Assembly: GCA_017886405.1 (NCBI GenBank)
Contig: JAGGNC010000149.1
Location: 1-47,365 of the forward strand
Direction: 5' to 3'
Origin: Pseudomonas sp.
Lineage (GTDB): Bacteria; Pseudomonadota; Gammaproteobacteria; Pseudomonadales; Pseudomonadaceae
Length of the DNA: 47,365 bases
Shown here: positions 1 to 12,807 of the stretch, in pieces
How the letters are laid out: each line of letters opens with the position of its first letter
How positions within the stretch are numbered: position 1 is the first letter of the stretch
Translations under genes and position numbers: made by a program
The notes under the pieces: model-generated
Seen by the model: the letters and a program-made list of their open reading frames with translations, nothing else
What the model was told of the DNA's origin: nothing
Database searches by the model: none

Positions 1-1464
1 GAAGGCCGCTTGCTGTTCAGCGCTCAGGGGTTGGCTGCGGAAGTACTCGGCGTGCCGCTTACTTTGCTGCAAGGAAAACTCGGTGAAGCTCATGCCCTGC
101 TGCAACTGCGCAAGTACTTGCGCGGATGGGGTAAGGCTGACATCGGCGACCTTGGCTTGTTGCGCCTGCAAGGCTTGGGTGTGAGCGTGATCGCCTTGAT
201 TCTGGTCGAGCAGCTCGGCCAACGGCAGGATTTTCTCTAGCACTTCGTTGGCCCAGTCCTTAAGCGCCACAGACTGACCACCGCGTTGCAAATGCAGGCC
301 AGGACGGCGGCCCTCCTTGACCACGCTGAGAAAGTTTTCGTGGCAGGCATGGCACTCATCGTGCTCAATCAACGGGCTGTCCTGTAATGCGCAGAACAGC
401 AGGAAGGCATCCAGAAAGCGCGACTCAGCCAGGTCAATCCCCAGCGGCAAGAAGGGGTTGATGTCCAGGCAGCGCACTTCAACGTACTGCACGCCACGGG
501 CCATCAATGCTTGGATCGGCCGCTCGCCGCTGTGCGCTACGCGCTTGGGGCGGATATTGGAGTAGTACTCGTTTTCAATCTGCAAAATATGGGTGTTCAG
601 TTGCAGCCACTCGCCATCTTTTTTCGCGCCGATATCGACATAGGGTGGGTAAGGCGTACCGACGGCCAGGCGCAGGCTATCGGTGTAACTCTGCAGATCG
701 TTGTAACACGGGGTCAGGCCGGCCTGGGCAGTGCTCTGGTAGCCCAGGTCGCTCATGCGCAGGCTGGTGGCGTAGGGCAGGTACAGGGTCTCGGTGTCGA
801 GCTCCTCTAGCTGATGCGGGTTGCCGCGCATAAAGCCTTTGTGCAGTGCCGGCGAGGCACCGAACAGGTACATCAATAACCAGCTGTTGCGGCGGAAGTT
901 ACGAATCATCGCGATGTAGCGTGCCGATTGGTAATCCTGCGCGCTGCTGCTATCGCCCTCTGCCTGCTGTTGCAGGTGCCACAGCGCTTCAGGCAACGAG
1001 AAGTTGTAATGAATGCCGGCAATGCACTGCATGGTCTTGCCGTAACGCAGGGCAAGGCCCTTGCGGTACACATATTTGAGCTCGCCAATATTCGAGCTGC
1101 CGTAGCGAGCGATGGGGATAGTTTCCTCATCCGGCAGCGCGCAGGGCATTGACGGGCTCCACAGGTATTCGCCGTCCAGCTTGCTGTAGGCGAAGCGGTG
1201 GATCTGCTCCAGGTCAGCCAGGGTTACCGCCGGATCGGCCTCGGCCGGGGTGATAAATTCCAGCAACGATTCGGAGTAATCGGTGGTGATCTGCGTGTGC
1301 GTCAGCGCCGAGCCAAGCGCCTTTGGGTGCGGCGTCAGGGCTAGTTGGCCGTCACCATCGACGCGCAGACATTCGCGCTCGATACCGTGCAGGCACTGGG
1401 ACAGCAGGGAGAGGTTGGCGCGTTCGCCAAGCTGGGCCAGGCGGCCGGGTAACAAATCGCTCAA
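1..1464 (-). CDS. gshA: Glutamate--cysteine ligase (3' end runs off the window)
   Basis: Manual translation from TTG at 1464 (preceded by GAAGGA) gives [37 protein letters not shown]...[15 protein letters not shown]...[10 protein letters not shown]...[15 protein letters not shown], typical of GshA. It is absent from the ORF track because its stop lies outside the window. Confidence 0.95.
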   Translation of the reverse strand, partial: MSDLLPGRLAQLGERANLSLLSQCLHGIERECLRVDGDGQLALTPHPKALGSALTHTQITTDYSESLLEFITPAEADPAVTLADLEQIHRFAYSKLDGEYLWSPSMPCALPDEETIPIARYGSSNIGELKYVYRKGLALRYGKTMQCIAGIHYNFSLPEALWHLQQQAEGDSSSAQDYQSARYIAMIRNFRRNSWLLMYLFGASPALHKGFMRGNPHQLEELDTETLYLPYATSLRMSDLGYQSTAQAGLTPCYNDLQSYTDSLRLAVGTPYPPYVDIGAKKDGEWLQLNTHILQIENEYYSNIRPKRVAHSGERPIQALMARGVQYVEVRCLDINPFLPLGIDLAESRFLDAFLLFCALQDSPLIEHDECHACHENFLSVVKEGRRPGLHLQRGGQSVALKDWANEVLEKILPLAELLDQNQGDHAHTQALQAQQAKVADVSLTPSAQVLAQLQQGMSFTEFSLQQSKRHAEYFRSQPLSAEQQAAF

Positions 1465-1595
1465 AATTGCATTCCTTCACGCATCAGTCGCCTCAACATG
1501 GGGGCGAGTGCCGAGCTCTACAAGGGGACGAGGAAACCAGCACCAGCTCGCCAGTGATGTTTTATAACGGGACAGGCGTGAAGACGGTTATGGCC

Positions 1596-1633
1596 CGTAG
1601 GTTGGGTATCGGTGCTACACCCCTCAACCTACG
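1596..1633. repeat. GTAG-type REP-like inverted repeat
   Basis: CGTAGGTTG...CAACCTACG perfect 9-bp arms directly after the tex stop codon. Confidence 0.6.
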
Positions 1634-1647
1634 AGGCCCCGCTCAGG

Positions 1648-3993
<2,346 letters not shown>

Positions 3994-4217
3994 ATAAAAA
4001 AGCTACCCACACTGAAACGAAAAACCAGCCACGCAGACCGCGGGCTAGACACGAAAGTCGGGCATTATAAACACTGCCCGGCAGCCCGCCGGGAACCGTT
4101 GGGAAAAATCTGCTAACAATGGCCTGCACGTCGGCGGCGACTCGTAAGCCATAATGCGATCGATAGCAAGCTGCCAGCGCGCCCGCGCCCGGTGGATGTC
4201 TGGCCAAGGAGCCCTGA

Positions 4218-4958
4218 ATGAGCAGCACTGCACTTCCTGTTGAAGGCGAAAAAATCCTTATCGTCGATGACGACGCCCGCTTGCGGCGCTTGCTCGAACG
4301 TTTCTTCGAAGAACAAGGCTACCGCGTGCGTGCGGTGGAAAACGTCGAACAGATGGACCGTTTGCTGTCGCGTGAGCTGTTCAACTTGGTGGTCCTCGAC
4401 CTAATGCTGCCCGGTGAAGATGGCCTGTCCGCTTGTCGCCGCCTGCGTGAGTCGAATAATAAGGTGCCGATCATCATGCTTACCGCCAAGGGTGATGAGG
4501 CCAGCCGTATACAAGGCCTGGAACTGGGCGCTGACGATTACCTGGCCAAGCCGTTCAACCCGCGCGAATTGCTGGCGCGGATCAAGGCCGTGCTGCGGCG
4601 CCAGGCGCCAGTTGTGCCGGGCGCGCCGGGTACCGAGGACGAAAGCGTGAGTTTCGGCGAGTACGAATTGTCCCTGGCCACCCGCGAACTAAAGAAGGGT
4701 GATGAGGTGCACATGCTCACCACCGGCGAGTTCGCCGTGCTCAAGGCGCTGGTCCAGCATGCCCGCGAGCCGCTGACCCGCGACAAGCTGATGAACCTGG
4801 CCCGTGGCCGCGAGTGGGACGCCTTAGAGCGCTCCATCGATGTGCAGATATCGCGGCTGCGCCGGTTGATCGAGCCAGACCCGTCCAAGCCGCGTTATAT
4901 CCAGACAGTCTGGGGCGTGGGCTATGTGTTCGTCCCGGACGGCAATAACAAATCTTGA
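4218..4958 (+). CDS. ompR: OmpR-family response regulator (AmgR ortholog)
   Basis: Receiver domain (IVDDD, LDLMLP, LAKPF) plus winged helix (ERSIDVQISRLRR...IQTVWGVGY); AAGGAG Shine-Dalgarno. Confidence 0.95.
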   Translation: MSSTALPVEGEKILIVDDDARLRRLLERFFEEQGYRVRAVENVEQMDRLLSRELFNLVVLDLMLPGEDGLSACRRLRESNNKVPIIMLTAKGDEASRIQGLELGADDYLAKPFNPRELLARIKAVLRRQAPVVPGAPGTEDESVSFGEYELSLATRELKKGDEVHMLTTGEFAVLKALVQHAREPLTRDKLMNLARGREWDALERSIDVQISRLRRLIEPDPSKPRYIQTVWGVGYVFVPDGNNKS

Positions 4959-6271
4959 TGAAAACCCCGCTGTGGTTCCCGCAAAGCTTCTTTGCCCGCA
5001 CGCTGTGGCTGGTACTGATCGTGGTGCTGTTCTCCAAGGCGCTGACCCTGGTTTATCTGATGATGAACGAGGATGTGTTGGTTGACCGCCAGTACAGCCA
5101 CGGCGCCGCACTGACCCTGCGTGCCTATTGGGGGGCGGACCCGGAAGACCGCGCCACGATCGCCGAAGCCGCCGGGCTTACGCGGGTGGACACTGATAAG
5201 GTGCCGACCACTGAGCAGCATTGGCCATACAGCGAGATATTTGCGCGGCAGATGCGGACCGAATTGGGCCCGGATACCGAGGTGCGTGTGCGCGCCGAGA
5301 GCCCGCCGGCGCTGTGGGTGCATGCGTCGGCTTTGGGTGATGACTGGGTGCGGGTGCCGTTGTACCCGCATCCGCTGCGCGGCCAGCGGATCTGGAGTGT
5401 GCTTGGCTGGTTCCTCGCCATCGGTCTGCTGTCGACGGCGGCGGCGTGGATTTTCGTCCGTCAGCTCAGTGCCCCGCTTAAACGCCTGGTATATGCCGCC
5501 CGGCAGATCGGTAAGGGCCGCAGTGTGCGCCTGCCGGCGGGTGACACGCCGAGCGAGATGACTGAGGTCTACCGCGCCTTTAATCAGATGGCCGAAGACG
5601 TTGAGCAAGCAGCCCGCGAGCGCGAGCTGATGCTCGCCGGGGTGTCGCATGACCTGCGCACGCCGCTGACGCGCCTGCGCCTGTCCATGGAGTTTTTGCA
5701 TACCGACTCCGAGCTGACTGAAGACATGGTGCGCGATATCGAGGACATGGATGCGATCCTTGATCAGTTCCTCGCCTTTATTCGTGACGGGCGCGACGAA
5801 CCACTGGAGCAACTCGACCTCCTTGAGCTGGTTCGTGAAGTGGTAATGCCTTACAACCAGAAGCAGGGAATGGTGCGTCTGTGCCTAGAGCCTGTGCCGG
5901 CCTTTCCGCTGCGGCGGGTGTCGCTCAAGCGACTGTTGGTCAACCTGATCGAGAACGCTCTGCGCTACGGCGGTAATGCCGTAGAAGTGGCGGTTTCCCT
6001 GGCGGGTGATCACGGCGCACCTTACGTCGTACTCAGCGTGCTGGACCGCGGTGCGGGTATTGATCCGGCCGAGCTGGGCAGTATCGTCAACCCGTTTATT
6101 CGCGGCGATCGTGCCCGTGGTGGCCAGGGCGCCGGGTTGGGACTGGCCATCGTCAAGCGCATTGCCGCGCTGCATGGCGGCAGTATCGAGCTGCGCAACC
6201 GTTCCGGCGGCGGGCTGGAAGCGCGGGTGTGTCTGCCCCTGGGGCTACTGCTGCCGCGCGACGCTGTATAG
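4958..6271 (+). CDS. envZ: EnvZ-type sensor histidine kinase (AmgS ortholog)
   Basis: Two TM segments, HAMP, H-box SHDLRTPLTRL, N-box NLIENALRYG, G-boxes DRGAGI and GAGLGLAIV; TGATG overlap with ompR. Confidence 0.93.
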   Translation: MKTPLWFPQSFFARTLWLVLIVVLFSKALTLVYLMMNEDVLVDRQYSHGAALTLRAYWGADPEDRATIAEAAGLTRVDTDKVPTTEQHWPYSEIFARQMRTELGPDTEVRVRAESPPALWVHASALGDDWVRVPLYPHPLRGQRIWSVLGWFLAIGLLSTAAAWIFVRQLSAPLKRLVYAARQIGKGRSVRLPAGDTPSEMTEVYRAFNQMAEDVEQAARERELMLAGVSHDLRTPLTRLRLSMEFLHTDSELTEDMVRDIEDMDAILDQFLAFIRDGRDEPLEQLDLLELVREVVMPYNQKQGMVRLCLEPVPAFPLRRVSLKRLLVNLIENALRYGGNAVEVAVSLAGDHGAPYVVLSVLDRGAGIDPAELGSIVNPFIRGDRARGGQGAGLGLAIVKRIAALHGGSIELRNRSGGGLEARVCLPLGLLLPRDAV

Positions 6272-6323
6272 CTGTGTCACTGCGCTGAACTATGCTTTAT
6301 TAGGGCGATGACATGAGGTCAGC

Positions 6324-9300
6324 ATGCCTACAGTTCCCCACCGTCTTTCTCTATGGACTTGGCTGCTGCCACTGCCATTACTCCAGCTGACCTCCTGGCT
6401 TTCCCTGGCGACTCAGTTCAGCGATGGGACTGCACTTTGGTACCCGCCGTTTGCGCTGGCGCTGGTCTTGGCCCTGTGGTGGGGCCCGCGGGTGCTGCTG
6501 GCGGTGTACCTCAATGCCATGGTGTCCATTCCGCTCTGGGGCCTGGAATGGCAGTGGGCCCCACTTTATGCCCTGCCGGAAACCCTCGGCGTGGCATTGG
6601 CCTGGCTGCTGCTGCGGTTGCGCCCGTTTGATCCAGCCGTGCCCGACCTCAGTCACTTAGTGCGCTTTGTGCTGCTTGGGGTGTTGGTGCCGGTTATCCC
6701 CATGGCACTGGGGGTGCAAGGCAGTCTCTGGCTGTCGGGGTACGCGACGCTGCAGAGTTTGCCCTCGGGCAGCATGACGTTGTGGCTGGCCAATAGCCTG
6801 ACGGCGTTGGCCTTCGCCATCCCTATGCTGGCTTACCTGACGCCCTGGATGCGGCGTCGCGGCTGGTTAGCCGCGCCGGTGCTCAGTGGTTGCGAGCAGG
6901 TGCCCGAGGCGCTGCGCCAGTTACCGCCCTGGCCGCTGCTGTTGCTGTTGCTGCTTGGCTTGCCCTGGCTGCTGGGGTCACTGCCGCTGACCCTAAATTT
7001 GCCGCTGGTTGGCGTGATGATGCTCACCCTGGCGCTGGTTTGGGGGTTTGCCGGGGGCCTCTGCGGTGCGGTGCTGAGCGTGACGATGGTGTTGATTCTG
7101 CCGTTACTGCGCGGCCTGGGGAACACCGAGGCCTGGCTTGATCCGCAGCGCGTGGAGCTGCACTTCAGTGTGCTGCTGTTTATGCTCGCGACCTTGTTCG
7201 TGGGGCGCAGCCTGAGTGATCTGCGTCAGGCGCTGGCGCGCAGTGCGCAGATGCAGCAGCAATTGGCGCTGGCCAACCTGGCGCTGGAAGCCAGCCCGCT
7301 GGGCGTGATCATCGCCGATGCCCGCCAGCCCGCTTTACCCTTGATTTACTGCAACCCGGCCTTCGCGCAGATTACGGGCTACAGCCGCGAAGAGACCCTG
7401 GGTAAAAGCTGGAACTTCCTGCTTGGTGATGACCAGCATCAGCCGGGCCTTAACCGCTTGCAGCAGGCGGTGCGTGAAGGCATGGGTTGCGATGTTGTGC
7501 TGCGCAATTATCGCAAGAACGGCCAGCAGTTTTGGAATGAATTTACCCTCGCGCCCATGCGTGATGATCAAGGCATCAGCCATTTTGTGGCATTGCAGAG
7601 TGATGTGACCGCCCGCGAGCAACTGGCGACCCAGGTGCGTTCACAGAGTGATGAGCTGCTTAAGCAGAGCTACCTGTTCAGCCAAACCGAGCATATTGCC
7701 AACCTGGGTGGGTGGGTGCTGAATGTGGCCGACAAGAGCATGGACTGGAGTGCCGGTTGTTTTCGGATTTATGAGCTGGACCCGAGAAACGGCGCGCCTG
7801 ACATGGATGGCGCGTTGAGTTATCTGGATGCCAGTGGCCGGATACTGTCGGAACAGACGCTGCAGCACCTGATCGAGGGGCAGGAGCAGTTCGACATCGA
7901 GGTGCGCCTGCTCACGGCCAAGGGTAAGAGCCGTTGGCTGCGTATCCGCGGCGTCAGCGAGCGCGACGGCGCTGAGCTGGTAAGGGTTTATGGGGCGTTA
8001 CAGGACGTCAGTGGGCGCAAGCATGCCGAGCAACAATTGCGTGAGCGTGATGAGCATTTGCGCCTGTTCTTCGAGGCGCCGTTAATTGGTATGGCCCTGA
8101 CCAGTCCCAATTTGGCCTGGGAGGTAGTCAACCACAAACTTTGCAGCATTCTTGGACGCAGCCGCGAAGAGTTGCTGGCCTGCAGCTGGGAGAGTCTGTC
8201 CGTGGAGGGCGACATGCTGGCTGAGCAGTCGCTGCTTGACCAGGTGCTCAGCGGCAAACGTGAAGGCTTCGAACTGGAAAAACGCTTTCGCCGCGCCGAT
8301 GACAGCCCGGTAGATACGCGCGTCAGTCTGCGCGCGGTACGCCACAGCACCGGGAGAGTGTTGATGTTTCTGTTGCTGGTCGAGGACATCAGCCAGCGCC
8401 TGCAGGCCGAGGCACGCTACCGCACCATTGTCGAGAATGCGCCTGAGGCGATCATGCTGTTTGATCTAGAAGGCATGCTGGTCGAGTGCAATGAAAATGC
8501 CCTGCGTTTGCTGCGCTACAGCCGCGAAGAGATTGCCAGCAAGCATGTGTTTGATCTGAGTCCGAGCAAGCAGGCGGACGGCCAGTTGACCGCCGACGCG
8601 GGTCAGCATCATCTGCGCCGGGCGATGGCGGGTGAAGCGCCGGTATTCGAATGGTTGCACCGTGACAGCACCGGCCGGCCAATCCCCTGCGAAGCGCGTT
8701 TAGTGCGCATGCCCGGTGAGCCGGTGTTGATTCGCTGCAGCGTCACCGATATTTCCGAGCGCCAACGCTATCAGCGCGAGATCGAACGGCTGGCCTTCAG
8801 TGACGAATTGACCGGTCTGCCCAATCGACGGTTGCTGCTTGACCGCCTGCAGCATGCGATGGACCGCGAACAGCGGGCCAATACCTTAGGTGCACTGCTG
8901 TTTATCGACCTTGATCACTTCAAAACGGTTAACGACAGCCTGGGTCACTTGGTTGGCGACAGCTTGTTATGTGAGGTTGCCACGCGCTTGTCCAAAGCCT
9001 TGCGTGCCGAGGACACGCTGGCGCGCATGGGCGGTGATGAGTTTGTGGTGCTGCTTGAAGGGCTCGACAGCAGCCCGCAAGTGGCGGCCGAAGCGGCGGC
9101 AGCCACAGCAGAAAAATTGCTGAAAAGCTTGGTTGGAACCTGCTGGATCGATGGCCATGAGTTATCGATCAGCGCCAGTATCGGCATTGCCCTGCATCCG
9201 GTTGGCAGCCAGGGTGCCGCCGATGTGCTTAAACAGGCGGATACCGCCATGTACCGTGCCAAGCAGGGCGGGCGCAATGCCTTGCACTTTTTCGCCCCGG

Positions 9301-10094
9301 CGATGCAGGCGGCCATCGATCAGCGCCTGCAACTGCAGAGCGATCTGCGCCAGGCGGTGCGGCGTGATCAGCTGTATTTAGTCTTCCAGCCGCAACTGGC
9401 GCTGGCCACCGAACGTATTGCCGGTGCGGAAGTGTTGCTGCGCTGGGTGCACCCCGAGCGCGGCGAAATTATGCCCGGCGACTTTATCCCGTTAGCTGAG
9501 GAAACCGGGCTGATTGAGGAGTTGGGGGCCTGGGTGCTGGAGCAGGCCTGCGCTACCCTGGCGCGCTGGTTGCAGCAATGGCCGCAGATGGTTCTAGCGG
9601 TCAACCTCAGCCCACGCGAATTGCGTCAGCACGGCTGCGTAGCCCGTATCAGCGAGTGCCTACAGCGCCATCAGGTGCCAGCTACGGCGCTGGAGCTTGA
9701 GATCACCGAGGGTGTGCTACTGGAAGATGTAGAGCAGTGCATCAGCAACATGCAGGCGCTCAAGGCGCTGGGTATACGTTTCGCCATTGATGATTTCGGC
9801 ACCGGCTATTCCTCGCTGACCTACCTCAAGCGCTTACCGCTGGATCGTTTGAAGATCGACCGCAGTTTTACCTGGGACATGGACGGCGAAGACGGCAGTG
9901 GCTTGATGTTGGTGCAGACCATTTTGGTGATCGCTCGCAACCTGGGCCTGGAATGCATCGCCGAAGGCATCGAAAGCCAGGGGCAGCTCGATCTCCTGCG
10001 CGAGCATGGCTGCTCGCTGGGGCAGGGCTATTTGTTCAGTCGGCCGTTGAAAGAGGCGGACTTCCTGGTCTGGATGCAGCAGCATCAGCTATAG
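6324..10094 (+). CDS. Membrane-anchored MASE1-multiPAS-GGDEF-EAL diguanylate cyclase/phosphodiesterase
   Basis: Hydrophobic MASE1-like N-terminus (LWYPPFALALVL), four PAS/PAC-like repeats ending DVT/DVS/DIS, RAED I-site with GGDEF, EVL and DDFGTGYSSL. Confidence 0.92.
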   Translation: MPTVPHRLSLWTWLLPLPLLQLTSWLSLATQFSDGTALWYPPFALALVLALWWGPRVLLAVYLNAMVSIPLWGLEWQWAPLYALPETLGVALAWLLLRLRPFDPAVPDLSHLVRFVLLGVLVPVIPMALGVQGSLWLSGYATLQSLPSGSMTLWLANSLTALAFAIPMLAYLTPWMRRRGWLAAPVLSGCEQVPEALRQLPPWPLLLLLLLGLPWLLGSLPLTLNLPLVGVMMLTLALVWGFAGGLCGAVLSVTMVLILPLLRGLGNTEAWLDPQRVELHFSVLLFMLATLFVGRSLSDLRQALARSAQMQQQLALANLALEASPLGVIIADARQPALPLIYCNPAFAQITGYSREETLGKSWNFLLGDDQHQPGLNRLQQAVREGMGCDVVLRNYRKNGQQFWNEFTLAPMRDDQGISHFVALQSDVTAREQLATQVRSQSDELLKQSYLFSQTEHIANLGGWVLNVADKSMDWSAGCFRIYELDPRNGAPDMDGALSYLDASGRILSEQTLQHLIEGQEQFDIEVRLLTAKGKSRWLRIRGVSERDGAELVRVYGALQDVSGRKHAEQQLRERDEHLRLFFEAPLIGMALTSPNLAWEVVNHKLCSILGRSREELLACSWESLSVEGDMLAEQSLLDQVLSGKREGFELEKRFRRADDSPVDTRVSLRAVRHSTGRVLMFLLLVEDISQRLQAEARYRTIVENAPEAIMLFDLEGMLVECNENALRLLRYSREEIASKHVFDLSPSKQADGQLTADAGQHHLRRAMAGEAPVFEWLHRDSTGRPIPCEARLVRMPGEPVLIRCSVTDISERQRYQREIERLAFSDELTGLPNRRLLLDRLQHAMDREQRANTLGALLFIDLDHFKTVNDSLGHLVGDSLLCEVATRLSKALRAEDTLARMGGDEFVVLLEGLDSSPQVAAEAAAATAEKLLKSLVGTCWIDGHELSISASIGIALHPVGSQGAADVLKQADTAMYRAKQGGRNALHFFAPAMQAAIDQRLQLQSDLRQAVRRDQLYLVFQPQLALATERIAGAEVLLRWVHPERGEIMPGDFIPLAEETGLIEELGAWVLEQACATLARWLQQWPQMVLAVNLSPRELRQHGCVARISECLQRHQVPATALELEITEGVLLEDVEQCISNMQALKALGIRFAIDDFGTGYSSLTYLKRLPLDRLKIDRSFTWDMDGEDGSGLMLVQTILVIARNLGLECIAEGIESQGQLDLLREHGCSLGQGYLFSRPLKEADFLVWMQQHQL

Positions 10095-10110
10095 GCTTGA
10101 GTCTGCGTTT

Positions 10111-10195
10111 GGCCATCCCTGCCGCGTCCTGTGGTGATCTGCAGCGGCCCGGCCATCCTTGGCCGTGCGTTCGCCGGGGCGAAGCATGCTTCGCC
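10111..10195. repeat. Intergenic repeat remnant: two GGCCATCCYT copies plus an 18-bp perfect palindrome
   Basis: GGCCATCCCTGCC (10111) and GGCCATCCTTGGCC (10151); GGCGAAGCATGCTTCGCC at 10178-10195, between convergent genes. Confidence 0.5.
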
Positions 10196-10205
10196 TATAC
10201 CCGGC

Positions 10206-11111
10206 TCAGCCCTTGCCCTTAGTCCGCGTCAAGTGTGGGCCGCCGTTCTTCTCGATGTATTGGATGATGATCCCCGCGACATCCTTGCCGGTGGTGTTTT
10301 CGATACCGGCCAGACCGGGGGAGGAGTTCACTTCCATGACCAACGGGCCGTGATTGGAGCGCAGGATATCCACGCCCGCCACACTCAAGCCCATGACCTT
10401 GGCTGCACGGATCGCGGTCATGCGTTCTTCGGGGGTGATTTTGATCAGGCTGGCGCTGCCGCCGCGGTGCAGGTTGGAGCGGAACTCGCCGGGCTTGGCC
10501 TGACGTTTCATCGCGGCGATGACCTTGTCGCCTATGACCAAACAGCGGATATCGGCGCCGCCGGCTTCCTTGATGTACTCCTGCACCATGATGTTCTGCT
10601 TGAGGCCCATAAAGGCCTCGATCACCGACTCGGCGGCCTGCTGGGTTTCGCACAGCACCACGCCGATGCCCTGGGTACCCTCCAGCAGCTTGATGATCAG
10701 GGGGGCGCCGTTGACCATCTCGATCAGGTCGGCGATATCATCCGGGGAGTGGGCGAAACCGGTGACCGGCAAGCCGATGCCGCGCCGCGAGAGCAGTTGC
10801 AGTGAGCGCAGTTTATCGCGTGAACGGCTGATGGCCACCGACTCGTTGAGCGGGAACACGCCCATCATCTCGAACTGACGCAGCACTGCGCAGCCATAAA
10901 AGGTCACCGACGCGCCGATCCGCGGAATCACCGCATCAAAGCCCTCAAGCGGTTTACCACGGTAGTGGATCTGCGGCTTATGGCTGGCGATGTTCATATA
11001 GGCGCGCAAGGTGTCGACCACCACCATCTCATGGCCCCGCAGTTGTCCGGCCTCGACCAGGCGGCGAGTGGAATACAGGCGCGGGTTGCGCGACAGCACG
11101 GCGATTTTCAT
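10206..11111 (-). CDS. rimK: Ribosomal protein S6 glutamyl ligase (ATP-grasp)
   Basis: [41 protein letters not shown]. Confidence 0.97.
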   Translation of the reverse strand: MKIAVLSRNPRLYSTRRLVEAGQLRGHEMVVVDTLRAYMNIASHKPQIHYRGKPLEGFDAVIPRIGASVTFYGCAVLRQFEMMGVFPLNESVAISRSRDKLRSLQLLSRRGIGLPVTGFAHSPDDIADLIEMVNGAPLIIKLLEGTQGIGVVLCETQQAAESVIEAFMGLKQNIMVQEYIKEAGGADIRCLVIGDKVIAAMKRQAKPGEFRSNLHRGGSASLIKITPEERMTAIRAAKVMGLSVAGVDILRSNHGPLVMEVNSSPGLAGIENTTGKDVAGIIIQYIEKNGGPHLTRTKGKG

Positions 11112-11575
11112 TGGACACCAGAAAGGTCAGCAAGGGTGGGTTTGTTCTGCACGTAATTGAGTGCGGGATTGACCAAAAGTTGTCCATCGACCAGTGCTTT
11201 TGAGCCGAGTAGTACCCGGTAACGCATGGTCTTGCGGCAGGTCAGGGTAAATTCCACCGGCCATTCGCGATCACCCAAGGTCAGGTGGGTACGAATCACA
11301 TAGCGCGACTGGCTGTGACCGTTGGAGCTTTTGATGGTCTTCACCGAGACCAGATGCGCCTCGCAGCGGTGCCGGCTCTGCACCAGTGTGCCGAGGTGCG
11401 CAGTGAAGCGCACCCAGGGTTCGCCATTCAGGTCGAACGGCTGAATATCGCTGGCATGCAGGCTGGAGGTGCTGGCGCCGGTATCGATCTTAGCGCGCAG
11501 GCCAACCATGCCCAGCTCCGGCAGGTTGATCCATTCACGCAGGCCGATCACGCCAAGTTGGTCAAATGTCTTCAA
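11108..11575 (-). CDS. rimB: RimB, retropepsin-like protease associated with RimK
   Basis: IGLREW...[14 protein letters not shown] aspartic-protease-like motif; ATGA overlap with rimK; TTG start. Confidence 0.85.
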   Translation of the reverse strand: MKTFDQLGVIGLREWINLPELGMVGLRAKIDTGASTSSLHASDIQPFDLNGEPWVRFTAHLGTLVQSRHRCEAHLVSVKTIKSSNGHSQSRYVIRTHLTLGDREWPVEFTLTCRKTMRYRVLLGSKALVDGQLLVNPALNYVQNKPTLADLSGVQ

Positions 11576-11674
11576 AAGGCCTATCCATCGTATTTGCGGG
11601 CATTCTAGTTGGCCCTTAAGACAACTGCATCAGGCAAAATGTCCGCCTGCACGGCGGGCATGAGTGGGGAACCG

Positions 11675-12070
11675 ATGAGCGATAAAGATGATGACAAGGT
11701 GCGCCTGGATAAATGGCTGTGGGCGGCGCGCTTCTTTAAAACGCGCGCCCTGGCCAAGGCCGCCATCGAAGGTGGCAAGGTGCATCACCGCGGTGAGCGC
11801 TGCAAGCCGGGTAAAGAGCCGAACGTTGGCGATGAATACGTTATTCGCACAGGGTTCGAGGAGCGCAGTGTGGTGGTGCAGGCACTGTCCATGGTGCGCC
11901 GTGGTGCGCCAGAGGCGCAGGCGCTATATACCGAAACGCCCGAGAGTGTCGAACGTCGCGAAAAGGCCGCCGCGCAGCGCAAGGCAGGGGCGTTGGGCAT
12001 GCAAACCGATGGCCGGCCGAGTAAGAAGCAACGTCGGCAGTTGCATCAGTTTCGCGATCATCAGGAGTAA
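11675..12070 (+). CDS. hslR: Ribosome-associated heat shock protein Hsp15 (S4 domain)
   Basis: VRLDKWLWAARFFKTRALA...GRPSKKQRR; ATG at 11675 chosen over the upstream TTG. Confidence 0.93.
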   Translation: MSDKDDDKVRLDKWLWAARFFKTRALAKAAIEGGKVHHRGERCKPGKEPNVGDEYVIRTGFEERSVVVQALSMVRRGAPEAQALYTETPESVERREKAAAQRKAGALGMQTDGRPSKKQRRQLHQFRDHQE

Positions 12071-12111
12071 AACGCGACGGTTAGCTCAGGCAAGCCGCCG
12101 TTCCATTCAGG

Positions 12112-12807
12112 CTAGCGAGCGCTGATAACGCTCAAACGGCCTAGCGCCGGCAGCTTGGCACGCAGGCGAGTGATCGGCAGGGTGCCTTCTCCAGCCATTC
12201 ACTGGCCTTGCAGGCAAACGGGGTAAAGCAGGGCCAGACCAAACCCAGCAGCGCGAGGAACAGGCCACCCACAACGGCATCCGAACCCCAGTGCGCGCCT
12301 GCCATCAGGCGCGGCAGCATAAAGACTGCTGCCATTGTCCAGGCCAGCAGTAAGCGCCAGTTGCGTGCCAAGAGGCTGATAAACATTGCCCAGATCAGCA
12401 GCGCCGAGGCGTGATCGCCGGGGACACTGCGGGTGGCGCTATCCTGCATGTCCCAGCGTTCTGCCCAGCCCGGGAACAGTTCGGTCAGCCGCGCGGCGCC
12501 TTCGACCACCAAGGAGGGGCTCGGGCGCTGCTAGCCCATCAGTTTGACCTGCTCGGAGAAACCGACACGAAACAGCAGCATAACGATCAGCGCGGTTAGG
12601 AAGGCATACAACGCTTTCGCACGTGGGCGCCGCTGAAGGCCAGGTCAGCCTTGAGTGTCACGACCAGCATCAGTACGCCAACGCCCATATCGACTGGGCG
12701 CATGCTGCCAATCGCCCAGGTCTTGGCCCACAGCCAACTAGCCAGCAGCAACGGGGCGACGATATGGCAGGCAAGCAGGGGGGCGGGCACGCTAGGGATT
12801 CTGTCAT
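12112..12807 (-). pseudogene. Decayed PAP2-family / LpxT-like lipid A phosphotransferase
   Basis: Fragments in different frames (LLACHIVAPLLLASWLW..WAIGSMRP; QRPSPSLVV; SVPGDHAS; PRLMAGAHWGSD; LPALGRLSVISAR*), an in-frame TAG at 12531-12533 and at least two frameshifts. The 5' boundary is approximate. Confidence 0.8.

Noticed and set aside
10-1152. Short ORFs listed in the track over the first 1.2 kb
   Set aside because: They are shadows of the minus-strand gshA, which the track missed because its stop is outside the window.
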